Of a stretch of DNA of 64,000 nt, positions 63,253-64,000 are shown one piece after another. The translations under genes and the position numbers were made by a program. The stretch's first letter is position 1, and every line of letters starts with the position of its first letter. The stretch is from an uncultured Spirochaetaceae bacterium (GTDB lineage: Bacteria > Spirochaetota > Spirochaetia > SZUA-6 > DRHE01): positions 25,238-89,237 of the forward strand of contig CAZPQC010000001.1 in the NCBI GenBank assembly GCA_964588525.1, given 5' to 3'. The notes below the pieces were generated by a model. That model had not been told where the DNA came from, ran no database searches, and worked only from the letters and a program-made list of their open reading frames with translations.

Positions 63253-64000
63253 TCAGAATCCCAGCTTGGGCAGGGGCAGCTTTTCCAGCTGGGATTTCAA
63301 TTGAGATTTTACAGCGTCCGTGGCCTGTTTCTGGGTGTCGGCGATCCGCTTCTCCACCTCCACCCTCTTCTGGATCAGAACCGCCTCATGCGCTGCCGCC
63401 TCGGCCAGGTTTCCGTCCGAACGCTGCACCAGATCCGCGAAGGCTTGCGAAAGGGCTTCGTTTTCCCGGATCTGCGAAGCCATTCGCGCGGTCAGCTCCT
63501 CCCGGAGCCTGCCGCGGTACTGGGCGGAGATCTCCGTGAAGCGCTTTTCCAATACGAGGGCCAGCTGCCCGTCGGCGCTGCTGCGCGCTGCGACCCGGGC
63601 CAGCTTTCCGCTTTCCACAGTGTAGTCGAAGTCCACATCCACCTTGGAAAGAGAGCCGAGGGTTTCGTAGAGAATCGTGCCCAGCTGGTTGCCACCGGCA
63701 GTCGGCCGGAGAACCAGATCGTAGAGCTCCAGCAGTCCCTGTCCCTCGGCGGCGTTCCCCGGGCGGGAACGGGAAAACTCGGTTCGCAGTCGATACCCGG
63801 ACGCAAGGGAGCTCAAACCCAGATTTTCCAAACCCTCCGTCAACTCGAAGGTGAAGCCCGCGGCCCGCACCCCGAGCTTCAGATCCGTATCCCGTCGCTC
63901 GCGGTTGTCCAAGAATCCGTCGACGGAAAGCCGCTCCCCCCCTTCGCTGCGATTGTACGTGAAGGTTACCGGCCGATCGATCAGATCAGGATTGCTGGAG
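63253..64000 (-). CDS. Hypothetical protein, C-terminal part (5' end beyond the right edge)
   Basis: The reverse frame stays open to position 64000 (..SNPDLIDRPVTFTYNRSEGGERLSVDGFLDNRERRD...). Coiled-coil-like K/E/Q-rich C-terminus. No family assigned. Confidence 0.5.
   Translation of the reverse strand, partial: SSNPDLIDRPVTFTYNRSEGGERLSVDGFLDNRERRDTDLKLGVRAAGFTFELTEGLENLGLSSLASGYRLRTEFSRSRPGNAAEGQGLLELYDLVLRPTAGGNQLGTILYETLGSLSKVDVDFDYTVESGKLARVAARSSADGQLALVLEKRFTEISAQYRGRLREELTARMASQIRENEALSQAFADLVQRSDGNLAEAAAHEAVLIQKRVEVEKRIADTQKQATDAVKSQLKSQLEKLPLPKLGF

Noticed and set aside
1-64000. Scanned for CRISPR-like regularly spaced repeats, IS/transposase/integrase genes, prophage genes, toxin-antitoxin pairs and rRNA/tRNA genes.
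   Set aside because: None were recognised by eye. Only the short local repeats and palindromes listed above were found. A computational repeat and ncRNA scan would be needed for certainty.

Overview
High-GC bacterial chromosomal segment. I recognised no rRNA, tRNA, CRISPR array, transposase or integrase. The left 13 kb is a complete minus-strand respiratory complex I operon, nuoA to nuoM, with fused nuoCD and E. coli-type long NuoG; nuoM runs off the left edge. Next come hpf, a XylFGH-like sugar ABC transporter, and two cation/proton antiporters (CPA1 and CPA2). The CPA2 gene directly abuts a PTS-EIIA(Ntr)-like fusion protein. From about 21 to 42 kb is an accessory-looking stretch. Its intact genes are mntH, a tandem USP, a DOMON lipoprotein, ubiE, a CPBP protease coupled to a MASE3-like histidine kinase, MFS transporters, a double M16 peptidase, patatin, a sugar porter and a GH15 hydrolase. 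This stretch also holds at least six eroded genes: a REC/PilZ remnant, mtfA lacking its HExxH region, an msrA relic, a truncated MFS gene, an MFS gene with an in-frame internal deletion, and a heavily deleted kaiC-like gene whose DNA now supplies the 3' end of the GH15 ORF. The right third holds three compact modules of unclear physiology. (1) An AsnC/Lrp gene lies divergent from an aminotransferase translationally coupled to an unusually long (785 aa) transketolase-family enzyme. (2) A PaaI thioesterase, a non-pyrrolysine MttB-family methyltransferase and an unknown 221-aa protein sit together with no corrinoid protein nearby. (3) A CrtI-family flavoenzyme and an FNR/2Fe-2S reductase are packed directly upstream of fakB(degV)-fakA-plsY. 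Housekeeping genes here are an ArsP-like permease with a thioredoxin-like protein, a DEAD-box helicase, a parvulin PPIase, rpsU, a histidine phosphatase and a DUF1848 protein. All functional calls come from reading the translated ORFs for family motifs by eye. No database search or computation was run.
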